A stretch of 64,000 bases of DNA from Chrysomallon squamiferum (lineage: Eukaryota > Animalia > Mollusca): contig CM022679.1 in NCBI GenBank assembly GCA_012295275.1, forward strand, positions 6,634,001 to 6,698,000, in the 5' to 3' direction. The position numbers and the translations under genes are program-made. Below the pieces are notes generated by a model. The model saw only the letters and a program-made list of their open reading frames with translations. It was not told the origin of the DNA and did not search any database. This document shows positions 53,501 to 64,000 of this stretch, piece by piece. How positions within the stretch are numbered: position 1 is the stretch's first letter; the number at the start of each line of letters is the position of its first letter.

Positions 53501-56500
53501 CACTGACAATGGCACAGAAAAAAGTATTACATTCCACCCACAGAAACTGGAATGCTTGCTGGAGATCTTTTTTACATTAATCATACTTGTGTTCGTAAGT
53601 ATATGACACACACCCACACCCACACACACACACATGCACATGCATGCAAAAACATAACACAATCATACATACACACTTATATGCGCATTCACAAACTCTC
53701 TCATACATATTTACATTGCATCACATTATTTCAAATTTATTTTATTTTAGCATAATTATTTATAAATAAAAAACCAGATCTTATTATTCTGAATAATTTA
53801 AAATCTGATTTGTTTTTATTAAAATAAAATCATGATTTTAGGTAAATTATGTCCACCTGTTCCAAATATAAACAATGGATATGTACTGTCAAAAATACAG
53901 CAACACAGATATGGTGACTTTGTTCAATTTGCCTGTAATATCGGTTACATATTGGAAGGCAATTCACCAATATCCTGTACAGACAGTGGTTCCTGGAGTT
54001 ATAAATCTGGTTCTGAACCAAAATGTAAAGGTAAAGATTTTCATTAAATAATATTGAAATAAATTAATATTTCACATTTCTAATTGTTTTATTGTTATTA
54101 TTATTTGTTAAAATTATTAGTTGTTGAAATAATTATCTTCATCATTATTATTATGTTGTAATGTTGTTTATAAGAAGTGTATTTCAGGCTGAGAGGGTGT
54201 AGTCCTACATCTGCCTGGTTTCTTCTTTCTGTTAATCACATCTAACACTTGTTTTCTCTTCAGGTCTGAAATTGTTTGATTATTTAGTCTGAGTTTAGCC
54301 AGACACGGTTATTGTGTTTCATTTTTCTCTACAACAGAGTTTCTGCTTTCCAGATTGTTTTCTATATTCCTATTTTAACTTTTTATATTTCTTCAAATGC
54401 ATGGATTTTATTTTAATTGATATATTTAGTTTTATTTTTACATTTTTTATTTCTAACTTTAAAAAATTAACAAGAAAAAATTGGACAGCTCCAAACAAAA
54501 TTTCTTTTCCCTACATAACTAAATTTAACTTAAATATTTATCTGTTATATTATGTTTATTTAAAAAAATCTAAAGTGTTATCATGAAAATTAAGAATTAT
54601 TACGCATTTTTTATTTAATTATTTTTGTCATTTTTTAAATTTATAATACAACTTTGATTTGTTCTCTACATAGTAATTTTATTAATTATTTTATCTTCTT
54701 TTTTATAAGCAGTATAATGTTTTTGTCCTGATTTTTTTTAATAATAATGTTTGTAGTGTTTTTATTTATTAATATCTTTTCAAGTCATGTATTGTCTTCA
54801 TTTTGACTAGCTGACATATTTTCAGTCTGTCTAGCTCTGCAGTTTCTGTTTTATTAAATAGTATCATTATTATCATCATAATATGTTAGGTTTTCCATGA
54901 TTGTTTTTAAAATTATGCTCCAGTAGTTTTTAATCCTTCAATTTGATATTAAAATTTTCTGTTTCATATTTTTATACTTTTCTTTTATTAAACTGGAATA
55001 ACAGAAAAATAAAATAGTTTATCATGACCATGTGTTTTGAATCAAATATAAAATTTTATTTCAACTGATTGATTTTAATTTCTTAACATAGTTAAATTCA
55101 AATTTGAAAAAAATTAATTCTTGACATATTTTACCATTGAAAATACTACTACTAATAATAATAAAACAGGGACTCAAAGATATTTGATTCAATATAAGCA
55201 AAAGTATGCAAAATAATCACATAATATTGTTTTATGTTAATTAAGCAGTTTATCTGTTTTTTCATAACCAACTTCGGTGTTAATTTGCAAATTTAATTTT
55301 TTTCTTTTTGTTTTGTAGCTGCAACATGTCCAGTTGAAACATTACCTCAAGGGTTAAAAACACCAGCTATTGTTAACCCTGCATCACCTGTGAACTACCT
55401 CAGCAATGTGACCCTGCAGTGCAATGTTCCTGGTAAAACTCCCTTTGAGAGAATACGCAGATGTCTGTATTCACAACCAGATAACCAATACCGTCTGGAT
55501 GGAGCACCCTATGAATGTGGAGGTATTAAAAATATGTTTCTTTACTTAAAATTGTAGTTGACTTTTACTTGCAGCTTTTTAAAATAAAGTTTCATATTTT
55601 TGTATTAAACGGTCAATACTAAAATGTCTTACTGAAAACAAAATACATATTCACTTCATGCAAAAATGTGAGTAGATATTCTTTATCAAAAGTTAACTCT
55701 TTGGTAATAATTTTTTATAGATCATGCTAATGGCACAAGAATACCAAAATATTCTTCTATTTTGTATCTTTATCTATACACATACCTTTTGTATTTTTTT
55801 CATTATACATTGTTAGTACTTAATAAATTTATCTTTTTGGACACATTGCTAAATTACTTTTTAGATGCTGAATTATTTCTAATAATAAAATGTTATTATA
55901 GCATTTTGAACAATACCTGCCATGGTAATATTTTATTGTTCCTGAAATTCACTGCAGTCAGAAGGCAAGATTGTGATGACATTAATTAAACATTACACTG
56001 TGAGCTACTTCATAAAAAAAATATATAACTCTTGTACTTGAAATTCTGACTGTTGCATGTGGAAGTTTGGATGCTCAGTTAGATATCAGCTAAAGTATAC
56101 TTTAAAGGGAAAAAAATGTAAAAAAAACAATTAATAAAAATTATTCAAAATGATCTGAGTTTAATATACACATTGAGTTTTAAATTAATTCAGCTTATTT
56201 AAATAGGTTTTATCTTCATGGTGTTGTTAGATGTTTTCCATGTCCTATTTTTATTTACTGTGATAACATCTGGTGATATAAATTTAAAATTTTAAGATTA
56301 TTTTTTATGTTTTGATAGTAATTGACTGTGGACAGCCTCCAGAAACACCAGGAGCCAAAATCCCCAATTTGTCAGTAACAACATTTAATACAACTTTCAA
56401 CTTTGAGTGTAAAAACCTGCATGCAGTGAGTGGCCAGTCTCAGGATGGAAATACTGTAGTAAGATGTGGAGATGATGGATACTGGGGATTCAATACTTTG

Positions 56501-57764
56501 CAGTGTTTAGGTATATTTATTTCTAGTTTTATCATTGTTAACTATAAAAGGAATTCTGAAGCAAACAAGAGCCTTATGTGTTACAGCTGATCCATGTTCT
56601 CTTTTGACACATTTTTATTTAGAGGTAGATATTTTATGTACTTTATGCAGGTCCCACCTATTACTTCCAAGCTGAAATGGTAATAATTATAATAAAATAG
56701 CAACAAACAAACAAACAAACAAACAATTAAAAATATCTTAATTATTGCTTTGAAATGTTTTTTTTATATATTTTGTCTCACAAAGTACTGAATTTCATTG
56801 TTAGATTACTTTGTTAAAATATCAAGATAAACAGACTTACAACATATTTTACAGTATCAGCTGTTTATAATTTTGTGAGAATCACAAATTTAAAAAGAAA
56901 TAATTGATAATATAGTTTACTATGCAGTCACATTCAATTCATTCTAATTTCTAACTGTAGGGAAGACATGCACTGACCCAGGTCGACCACCTGATGGTAA
57001 CCAAGCCAATCAAACAGATCAGTACCAGGAATCAAGTGGAGTCTACTTCAACTGTTCAAGACCTGGATTTTCTCTTGTTGGTACAAATCCTATCAAGTGT
57101 CAGATAAATAATGCAGGCAGTGGTTTGAACTGGTCTGCTCCTGTTCCAGAATGTAAAGGTCAGTTTAAATACATTTTTCTCTAGTAATTAAATATCTCAT
57201 TGACATATTAATGTTTTTATAAAATTAATAAACATTGCTAATATAATTATTACAGATACTACTACCAATGTAAACTTGAATGTGAAAATTAATTTCATAT
57301 TATTATCACTAGAAATAAGCTTGAGATGCATGAGCTCTTGTTCAAAACAATTGTCTTTTGAAATGTTCTGATTTTATTTATTACAGACACAGAGAAGCCA
57401 GTGTTTACAGATTGTGTGTCCACCAAATCTGTTTCACTGTATGTCAGGGCATCTGATGTTGTTCCTGTCCCAAATGCAAAGGATAATGTCGGAATCAAAT
57501 CATTTTCAGTTTCTCCTCAGTGGCCTTCCAAAGAATATATAATAACTCAGAATGTAACTTTCATTTTTGTTGCTGAAGACTTTGCAGGAAATCAAGAGAT
57601 TTGCACAACAAACATTATAATTAAAGGTTTGTGACACGTAATATTTTGTTAAATTTGTTCCCATCTGATAATACAAAACAAAAAAAACAATTACAAACTA
57701 ATTTTGAAAAAAAAAAAAAAAAAAACCCAGAAAGGATTTATTTATGTTATTATTGTTGTTGTTA

Positions 57765-57822
<58 letters not shown>

Positions 57823-60800
57823 ACCAGATTAATAATGCAGTATGATATTTTGTTCAAATATACTCTTTATTTTTGTCCACCAAACAGAAATCAAAAACCA
57901 TATATGATAAAAAGGGGAAAATGGTCCAAGTATGTATTTAAATGTCTAGTTCAAATAATTAAACCATAAAATGTTCCTGTCTGATGCATTGTTTTTACAT
58001 GTTTTTGCCAATCTATATTAATAGAACAAGTAATGAAATGTTGTAGAGGTTTTTTGTCTCATTATTTCTAGATGAAATCAAGCCCACAATTCAGTGTCCA
58101 GCAGCTGAAATCAAGTGGATGTTCACTGACACTGAAAATATAACAGAAACTTTTCAAAGTTCTAAAGTAAATGTGTCTGATGACAGTGGTGTTAGTCCAG
58201 ATGTCACATTCAATCCTCCGTCTTTTTTTGCAAACCAGGATTCTGTTAACACCATGTTTTCTGTACAAGCAACAGCCACAGACAAAGCTGGAAACCAAAA
58301 CACATGTCAGTTTGAATATTTGATAAAAGGTAATGTTTTCAGGATATTTTCTATTTATTTATCTGACATGTAGATGTGAACATAGAGAAACTTGTGAAAA
58401 GGAGGAGATATATTAGCATTGTATGTTTGACCACTAAAATATCTGAGATGATCAAATTCTCAAACAGAATTTTTAAAGTAGATTTTGACAGAAATAAAAG
58501 AATATTTTTAGTATAACACACAATTTAATATGCTTAAATGTTGTAAATCTGGTATGGATGTGTTTGATTTTTTACAAAAAATATACATTTTTAGCTCCAA
58601 AATTATGTCACATCAAAAACAATCATAATGATTCAATACATTCATGGTCACTCTTTATAGTCAGATCAACTATTATTTTGACAATTAAGACTCAACATTA
58701 GTGTTTAGTGAACAACAATTTTTTAAAAGTTGCTTATTTTTTACATGTTTATTTATATTTATTTACAGCACAGCATCTAATAAACTTATTTATAAATAAT
58801 TTCTACATTGTTAAATATAACAGTCCAAAAATAATGTTACAAAAGACAGAATGCTAATTGTTCATGGTTTAAAATCCCAACTTTATATATAACTTTTGAG
58901 AATGAGTTGATGTACTTGTAAAAATGAGTATATATTCATAACAAATAACAGTATTATACTTTGAAGAACCAGTGTAATGTATATTAGTGTGTTATGGAAT
59001 ATTACATGAATGTCACAAAAGTAAGACAGACACACATATTTTTATTACTGATATGTTTTTTCAAACATCCAATTTTTGTCTTATCATAAATTTGTCTGAT
59101 AGTATAATATTTAAAAAGGGTAGTAGCTTTGTTTAAAATAAAATGTATGTGTAAGTTTACATGATGATAATTATTACTTTACTTGTTAAAATTACAGCTG
59201 CTCCATGTTCTCCTCTGTCACTGGTCACTCCAGTTAATGCAAGTAAAACCTGTACAGCTAGATCTGGCAATGCTGGATACAGCTGTACTCTCACCTGTGA
59301 TACAGGATTTGTGTTTTATGAGCAGTCAAACACAACTGCTGCCCAGAATAGTTTGAATGTCCAGTGTGACAAGGGCAAACCATGGACTACAAACATACCT
59401 GCCTGTGTTGATGCTGGTAAGTAAAAATACAATATACAACTGTGCATTATGAGATTCTATGTTTACTTGAATTGTAATGATTAAAATTTCAAGTTTTATC
59501 AACATATTAAAAGTTTAAAATAATAAATATTTGCTGTAAAAGAATCAACAGTAATTTGTTTGATGTTGTCTAAGAATGGTTTTACTACATAAATATCTTT
59601 TGTCACTTTTTAATATAATAAGTACTTTTCTTATGGGTTATCTTTTCAGTCAAGACAACTGCAAACTTCTATCAAACGTTTGAAGTTCATTACACCTCCA
59701 GTGGCACAGTTCTTGATACCTGCAAGAAAGATTATGCAGAAGTTATCAAAAACAAATATGAAACTCAAAGTGTATTTTCCACTATTACAAGTGCTTGCAG
59801 TAATGTTATCGATGCTACCATTTCCTCAGTGACAGTTGCTGAGCCAGACAATGACATAATTATTGATAATCAAAATAAAAAGGTATGTTTAATCTACATG
59901 TTCCAAATCTCAGAATTATTTAAGAGTAATCTCTACTTTCTGTTGTGTTTCTTTTGAATTTTGTCAGTTATCGAAATTAATTGCATGTTAAACAAGTTTC
60001 AATGTCAAAGTGAATAACAAGAAGGTCATTATAATTGAAAATAAACAGTAAAAAAGATTTTACTAAATTTGATCAAATGAACCACTTAAATTTAAAAATA
60101 CTTATTTAATAGCAGGAAAAGAACATTGTAATATTTTAAATTTTACTGAGAACTAATGTATTATTTTATTTAATTTACCTTGTATATATCTGTTTATATT
60201 ATAATATATAATGCACATCTATTTTTAATTATTTGTCTATTTTTAGTAATTTTTTATATTAATTACTTTAAACAGTCTACCCAAAAATGACTTCAATCAG
60301 TTATTGCACTATTATGAGAAAAGTTGATCACAATAATTAACTTCAGAACATGTGATTGTTATATATAGAAGTTTGTCACTAACCTTCATTTTAAGTTTAT
60401 TTAGATGACTATAGCAAGTCATTTGGTATTTTATAATGCTTGCACATTAATCATTAATTTAAGATAAACTGCCAATTAGAAATAATATATTTGTAAATTT
60501 TTTCTTTTAAGATATATCAATTTTTTAGTACTAAATTTCTCTGCTTGAAAATATATTGTCAGCAGAAAGTTCATGACTGTGATATAACTTATAAATGAAT
60601 GGTGCTAAAAACAGGATTTAAAATAACCTATAAATAAAACTTTATTTATTCTGCTGAACTGTTTAAGTTTAAATTACCTTTAGACCATCTTTACCCTGAT
60701 TGAGTTTGTTTTCAGATTTTCAATTATTTTTTAATTTTTTTTAATATTCCTCAGAATCTGATACAGTTTAGTATTTTAATCATAATATTATTAAAAAAAA

Positions 60801-63751
60801 TAATAATAAAATGAAAAAGTGTTATTATATTTATTTATGACAAATCATAATTTAATCCATTCTATACAAATCTAATTAAAGAAAAATAGAAAGATGTTGC
60901 CATTGGTTTTAATAATGCTATTTCCAAGAATCTGTCTATGAGGTACATCAAAATAGTAATGAGTTCTCATAAATGCAAAATAATAATAATTCAGAACATT
61001 TTTCTGAGCAGTTTAAAATCTGAATATTGAATATTAATTGAATTGATGTATACTGTTTACTATTCCTAGCTATAACCAGAAATAATTTAAAGAAGATATA
61101 CTAAAAGATAAACAGCATGCTAGATATTTTTATACTTTTCATCTGTTTAGACATATTTGATAGAATTGAGTATAAAGTTAATATACTTTTAAAAATTGCA
61201 GAAGATATAGTGCATAATTCCGTTTATAGTGATTTACATCAATTGATTTGTAAATTAATTTTACATTATATGTAGTAAACAATTTCATTTGTCAATGATG
61301 ATTAGTAAAGAAATGTACTTATGGAAAATGTTTTGTTTTACAGATGAAAATCAATTATACAATATCATTCACTTGGAGCAAAAAGTCATCACTAACAACT
61401 TGTGCAGGACTTCTGAAGACAGCTCTTGAAAGTACAGGAACCAAACAGTCAGATGTAATGAATGACACACTGAGTACAGTTACTGGTTGTCCTGCAATGA
61501 ATGTTGTGCAGCAGTTAAATTCTGATAATGATCCAGCAGTAGCACTGGAGGTTTCTAAGGAATATGTATGTCCCACCAACATGAAGAAAACAGTGTATAA
61601 TAATTTACAGACATGTTGTGAGTATTGATAATTCTGAGGATCATTAAAAATATATCTAAATACAATTTCTTATAATTAAATATTATTAATACAATGAACA
61701 AAAGCTTTTCCTGACAAAATAGATGGACATTTCTAAGAGAATCAAGACTGACAAAATCAGAGGGCATTATGATTCAACAATCCTTTATCCACCAGATTGG
61801 AAGACTAAACAAAATGTCATAAATATTTATGACTAAGGCTTGAAGTTAAAATGAGATTTTGTTCTCTCATAGTTTTGTTTCTTTTTGGTTTTTGGTTTAT
61901 CATTATCAGCTTCATATCAATGTGAAATGTCACAATGGAGTGCATCTATGCCAATAAACATATAATTGGGACTTTTTGAGGATTTAGTGTTTAATACAGA
62001 TATAAACAGATTATATTAAATCTGCAGGTTTTCGATAAAGAATAGTCAATCATTAACATTTTTTTTTAATGTAAATGTTTTAGTGAATTTCATAGTATTT
62101 TTATTTTCTGTTCATTTAAAAATTAAAATTGATATTATAAATAAAGATTGCTATATACATTCATATGTGTATAAGTAGGAAATTAATTTATTCATATTTT
62201 ATTAGAAAGAAATTTTTTTCATTAATATTCTATTTAAATACTTTTTAATTGTTTATCCTTTCTTTTACTTTTTTTTTTTACACCATGGTTGTATGTATTC
62301 ATTAAAGAAAAATAAAGATATCAGTTGTGTTTGTGTATATATATTTATAATGCAAATGATATCTTTAATTTTCTTTAATGGATATATATGTGTGTGTGTA
62401 TGTGTGTGTATGTGTGTGTGTGTATTCGTCTATGTATGTATATATGTGCATATTTATGTGTGCTCATTCTGAGAACTGTACCTATAAATCTTCACTGATC
62501 TGACTTTTGCAGTGGAATGTTCAGAAGGTACCTATAACACTGGTAGTAACACTTGTGAGCTGTGTCCAGTGGGGATGTACCAACAAAGTACTGGACAACG
62601 ACTCTGTTTAAACTGTGACCCTGGTACAATCACATACATGGCAGGAAGTACTTCCAAATCACAGTGCTCAGGTAATGATCTGTTTATTTCAGTTTTTAGA
62701 AAATATTTTATAGACACTGTAGAGATATAAAAAAAACAGTAATAGTAGTATTATAATTTATATTATAAAAATAACCATGAACAGTATTAAGTAAACATGT
62801 AATAATATTGATAGTAATTATATTTTAAAAGTTTACTTTTATATTTAATTAAAATACTGTTTTCCATCTATTTTTATTTTTTTTAAATATAAATTATACA
62901 AAATCTTATTAAATAATTTTCAAAAACAAAGACAAATTATATAAAAATTTTAGATGATGAGCTAAGAAATATGTATTTTGATTTCCTGATGTGTTAATTT
63001 TAGCTACTTGTCCACGTGGATCATACTCAGAAAACCAGCTACAGCCCTGTGCTCGCTGTCCTCTGAATACTTACTGGTTTAACACTACGTACTGTAAACC
63101 ATGTCCTGAAGATTCTATCACACGTCAGACTGGAGCAACTTCTATTTCTATGTGTCAAGGTAATAACTGTTTTGACAGTTAGAGATAGCTGCTATAAATA
63201 TTGCCTCTAATAACTTTAATTTTGTTGAAGAAAATGTTCCTAAATCATTTGTCCCCTATTTGTTTTTAAGATGCAGCATAAGAAATAAATTATCTTACAG
63301 CATTAGGTTGCATCTTCTTTTAATAAAAATGAAAGTAAATATAATAATATACTACAATGGAGAGATGATATGTCAAAGATTTAAAGAGAGTATGTAAATT
63401 GTTTTAACTCATAATATACAAAAAATTAAAATATTAAAAATTATATTCAAAATTGTATTCTAAGTGATATATATATATATCTGCCTAACATATTTATTTT
63501 TCTTTATGACTATATTACTAATTATTGCAACCAGTCATCAGTTTTATGAGGCTTTTGTTAAAACTTTTCTATCTTTGAAGCTAAATGTCCTGAAGGGAAA
63601 TACAATCGTAATGATGGACATGAACCATGTTTGTTGTGCCCAAGAAATTTTTATCAGGAGACAACTGGTCAAAAGTCTTGTACACGTTGTCCAGATAATG
63701 CTATAACAGCAACCAATGGTTCAACATCAGCTGACAATTGCACTCTGGGAG
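40588..63751 (+). CDS. uif: Gene B (spliced, at least 30 exons, 5' end unresolved, continues past the window): uninflatable-like CLECT-LDLa-CUBx3-Sushi-EGF-HYR-ephrin-receptor-like repeat protein
   Basis: Domain order matches Drosophila Uninflatable/SP1070 as I recall it. Uif-like segments include [27 protein letters not shown]...ETG...GD...NHTCV and [10 protein letters not shown]. Phases are consistent apart from one frameshift at 53518-53523. Confidence 0.8.
41165..41246 (+). CDS. uif: Gene B exon: C-type lectin
   Basis: [27 protein letters not shown]. Confidence 0.88.
41820..41914 (+). CDS. uif: Gene B exon: C-type lectin
   Basis: [31 protein letters not shown](G). Confidence 0.88.
42519..42542 (+). 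CDS. uif: Gene B 24-nt microexon in the C-type lectin
   Basis: aatag|GA TTA ACC AGA GTT CGT TAT GAT G|gtgagt completes the WIGL motif. Confidence 0.75.
43409..43633 (+). CDS. uif: Gene B exon: C-type lectin C-terminal half
   Basis: FWSNGD...[18 protein letters not shown]...[21 protein letters not shown]. Confidence 0.88.
43902..43997 (+). CDS. uif: Gene B exon: LDL-receptor class A
   Basis: [31 protein letters not shown]. Confidence 0.92.
44220..44353 (+). CDS. uif: Gene B exon: CUB1 N-half
   Basis: [43 protein letters not shown]. Confidence 0.9.
44807..44964. repeat. Intronic 81-bp tandem duplication (2 copies)
   Basis: ttatgataaggggaaaatattatag... starts at 44807 and again at 44888. Confidence 0.9.
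45450..45660 (+). CDS. uif: Gene B exon: CUB1 C-half
   Basis: [22 protein letters not shown]...[23 protein letters not shown]. Confidence 0.9.
46010..46167 (+). CDS. uif: Gene B exon: CUB2 N-half
   Basis: [44 protein letters not shown]. Confidence 0.85.
46485..46683 (+). CDS. uif: Gene B exon: CUB2 C-half
   Basis: [19 protein letters not shown]...[13 protein letters not shown]...[10 protein letters not shown]. Confidence 0.88.
46979..47145 (+). CDS. uif: Gene B exon: CUB3 N-half
   Basis: [32 protein letters not shown]...[11 protein letters not shown]. Confidence 0.88.
47964..48132 (+). CDS. uif: Gene B exon: CUB3 C-half
   Basis: IYFTAW...[22 protein letters not shown]. Confidence 0.85.
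48500..48724 (+). CDS. uif: Gene B exon: Sushi/CCP
   Basis: DCKNPNF...[15 protein letters not shown]...[18 protein letters not shown]. Confidence 0.88.
49396..49584 (+). CDS. uif: Gene B exon: Sushi/CCP
   Basis: VFCGKAPP...[36 protein letters not shown]. Confidence 0.9.
50255..50440 (+). CDS. uif: Gene B exon: Sushi/CCP (repeated at 50928-51113 across the gap)
   Basis: ASCPSLP...[42 protein letters not shown]. Confidence 0.88.
50469..50668. other. Scaffold gap (200 N)
   Basis: Run of N. Confidence 0.99.
51910..52098 (+). CDS. uif: Gene B exon: Sushi/CCP
   Basis: [13 protein letters not shown]...VECKPGYEF...LTCQSNQTF...SCK. Confidence 0.88.
52612..52725 (+). CDS. uif: Gene B exon: calcium-binding EGF
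   Basis: [38 protein letters not shown]. Confidence 0.92.
53401..53594 (+). CDS. uif: Gene B exon: calcium-binding EGF with long loop (carries a -1 frameshift)
   Basis: [64 protein letters not shown]; 194 nt, whereas 195 is needed. Confidence 0.85.
53842..54030 (+). CDS. uif: Gene B exon: Sushi/CCP
   Basis: [12 protein letters not shown]...[17 protein letters not shown]...CTDSGSW...PKCK. Confidence 0.9.
55319..55522 (+). CDS. uif: Gene B exon: atypical Sushi/CCP
   Basis: ATCPVE...[16 protein letters not shown]...RRCLYS...[11 protein letters not shown]. Confidence 0.82.
56319..56510 (+). CDS. uif: Gene B exon: Sushi/CCP
   Basis: [12 protein letters not shown]...FNFECK...[18 protein letters not shown]. 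Confidence 0.88.
56961..57158 (+). CDS. uif: Gene B exon: Sushi/CCP
   Basis: [14 protein letters not shown]...[14 protein letters not shown]...WSAPVPECK. Confidence 0.88.
57387..57626 (+). CDS. uif: Gene B exon: HYR domain 1
   Basis: [10 protein letters not shown]...PNAKDNVG...[20 protein letters not shown]. Confidence 0.88.
58072..58329 (+). CDS. uif: Gene B exon: HYR domain 2
   Basis: [10 protein letters not shown]...VSDDSG...[20 protein letters not shown]. Confidence 0.88.
59198..59416 (+). CDS. uif: Gene B exon: Sushi-like
   Basis: [18 protein letters not shown]...[11 protein letters not shown]...[18 protein letters not shown]. Confidence 0.87.
59650..59882 (+). CDS. uif: Gene B exon: SEA-like region, N-half
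   Basis: Open frame [28 protein letters not shown]...; phase 1 to 0. Confidence 0.78.
61344..61617 (+). CDS. uif: Gene B exon: SEA-like C-half and half Cys repeat
   Basis: [11 protein letters not shown]...[19 protein letters not shown]; phase 0 to 1. Confidence 0.8.
62513..62671 (+). CDS. uif: Gene B exon: ephrin-receptor-like repeat
   Basis: [27 protein letters not shown]...GSTSKSQCS; 159 nt, phase 1-1. Confidence 0.9.
63004..63159 (+). CDS. uif: Gene B exon: ephrin-receptor-like repeat
   Basis: [23 protein letters not shown]...GATSISMCQ; 156 nt. Confidence 0.9.
63581..63751 (+). CDS. uif: Gene B exon: ephrin-receptor-like repeat
   Basis: [29 protein letters not shown]...[11 protein letters not shown]; 171 nt. 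Confidence 0.9.
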
Positions 63752-64000
63752 GTAAAACACTGTTTTTATTAAGTATTTATCAGTTCTTTTGGGTTGAGGA
63801 TGTACAAACATATTTGTGATTGAATCAGTTTCAGATATTTTGTAACTCTATCATAGGTTTACTTTACAATAATATTTTATGAAATTATATTAATATAAGA
63901 ATCTGTTAGGAATTCCTCAAACATTATATTTTAAACAGATATTAACATAACCATTTAGATGATAAACAATTGTTTATCTCTAGTTTATATTAACAAAAAT

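Noticed and set aside
562-63751. Both genes being pseudogenes because of frameshifts
   Set aside because: Only three single-base indels, all in A runs, over about 70 otherwise intact exons with canonical splice sites; sequencing error is the simpler explanation.

Overview
AT-rich, microsatellite-dense, intron-rich animal DNA (mollusc/lophotrochozoan-like, by inference). It holds two large, divergently transcribed genes, which I spliced by hand using GT-AG borders and intron phase. Gene A (minus strand, 28569 to 562, 43 coding exons, about 2250 aa after correcting two single-base indels) is an unusual type I membrane protein. Its order is: signal peptide, GH18 chitinase-like domain with an altered catalytic motif (FDGLDIVWEFP), 2 ephrin-receptor-like Cys-rich repeats, a SEA-like domain with an RRRR furin site, 26 single-exon ephrin-receptor-like repeats, EGF, TM, and a ~155 aa Tyr-rich tail. 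The repeat array shows block duplications, near-identical exons and dead exon copies. Gene B (plus strand, from at least 40588 past the window end) is an uninflatable (uif)-like protein: C-type lectin, LDLa, 3 CUB, Sushi, cbEGF, HYR, SEA-like and ephrin-receptor-like repeats. Assembly caveats: three single-base frameshifts (two in A6 runs) and a 473-bp duplication across a 200-N gap. Exon coordinates were counted by hand and no database searches were run.
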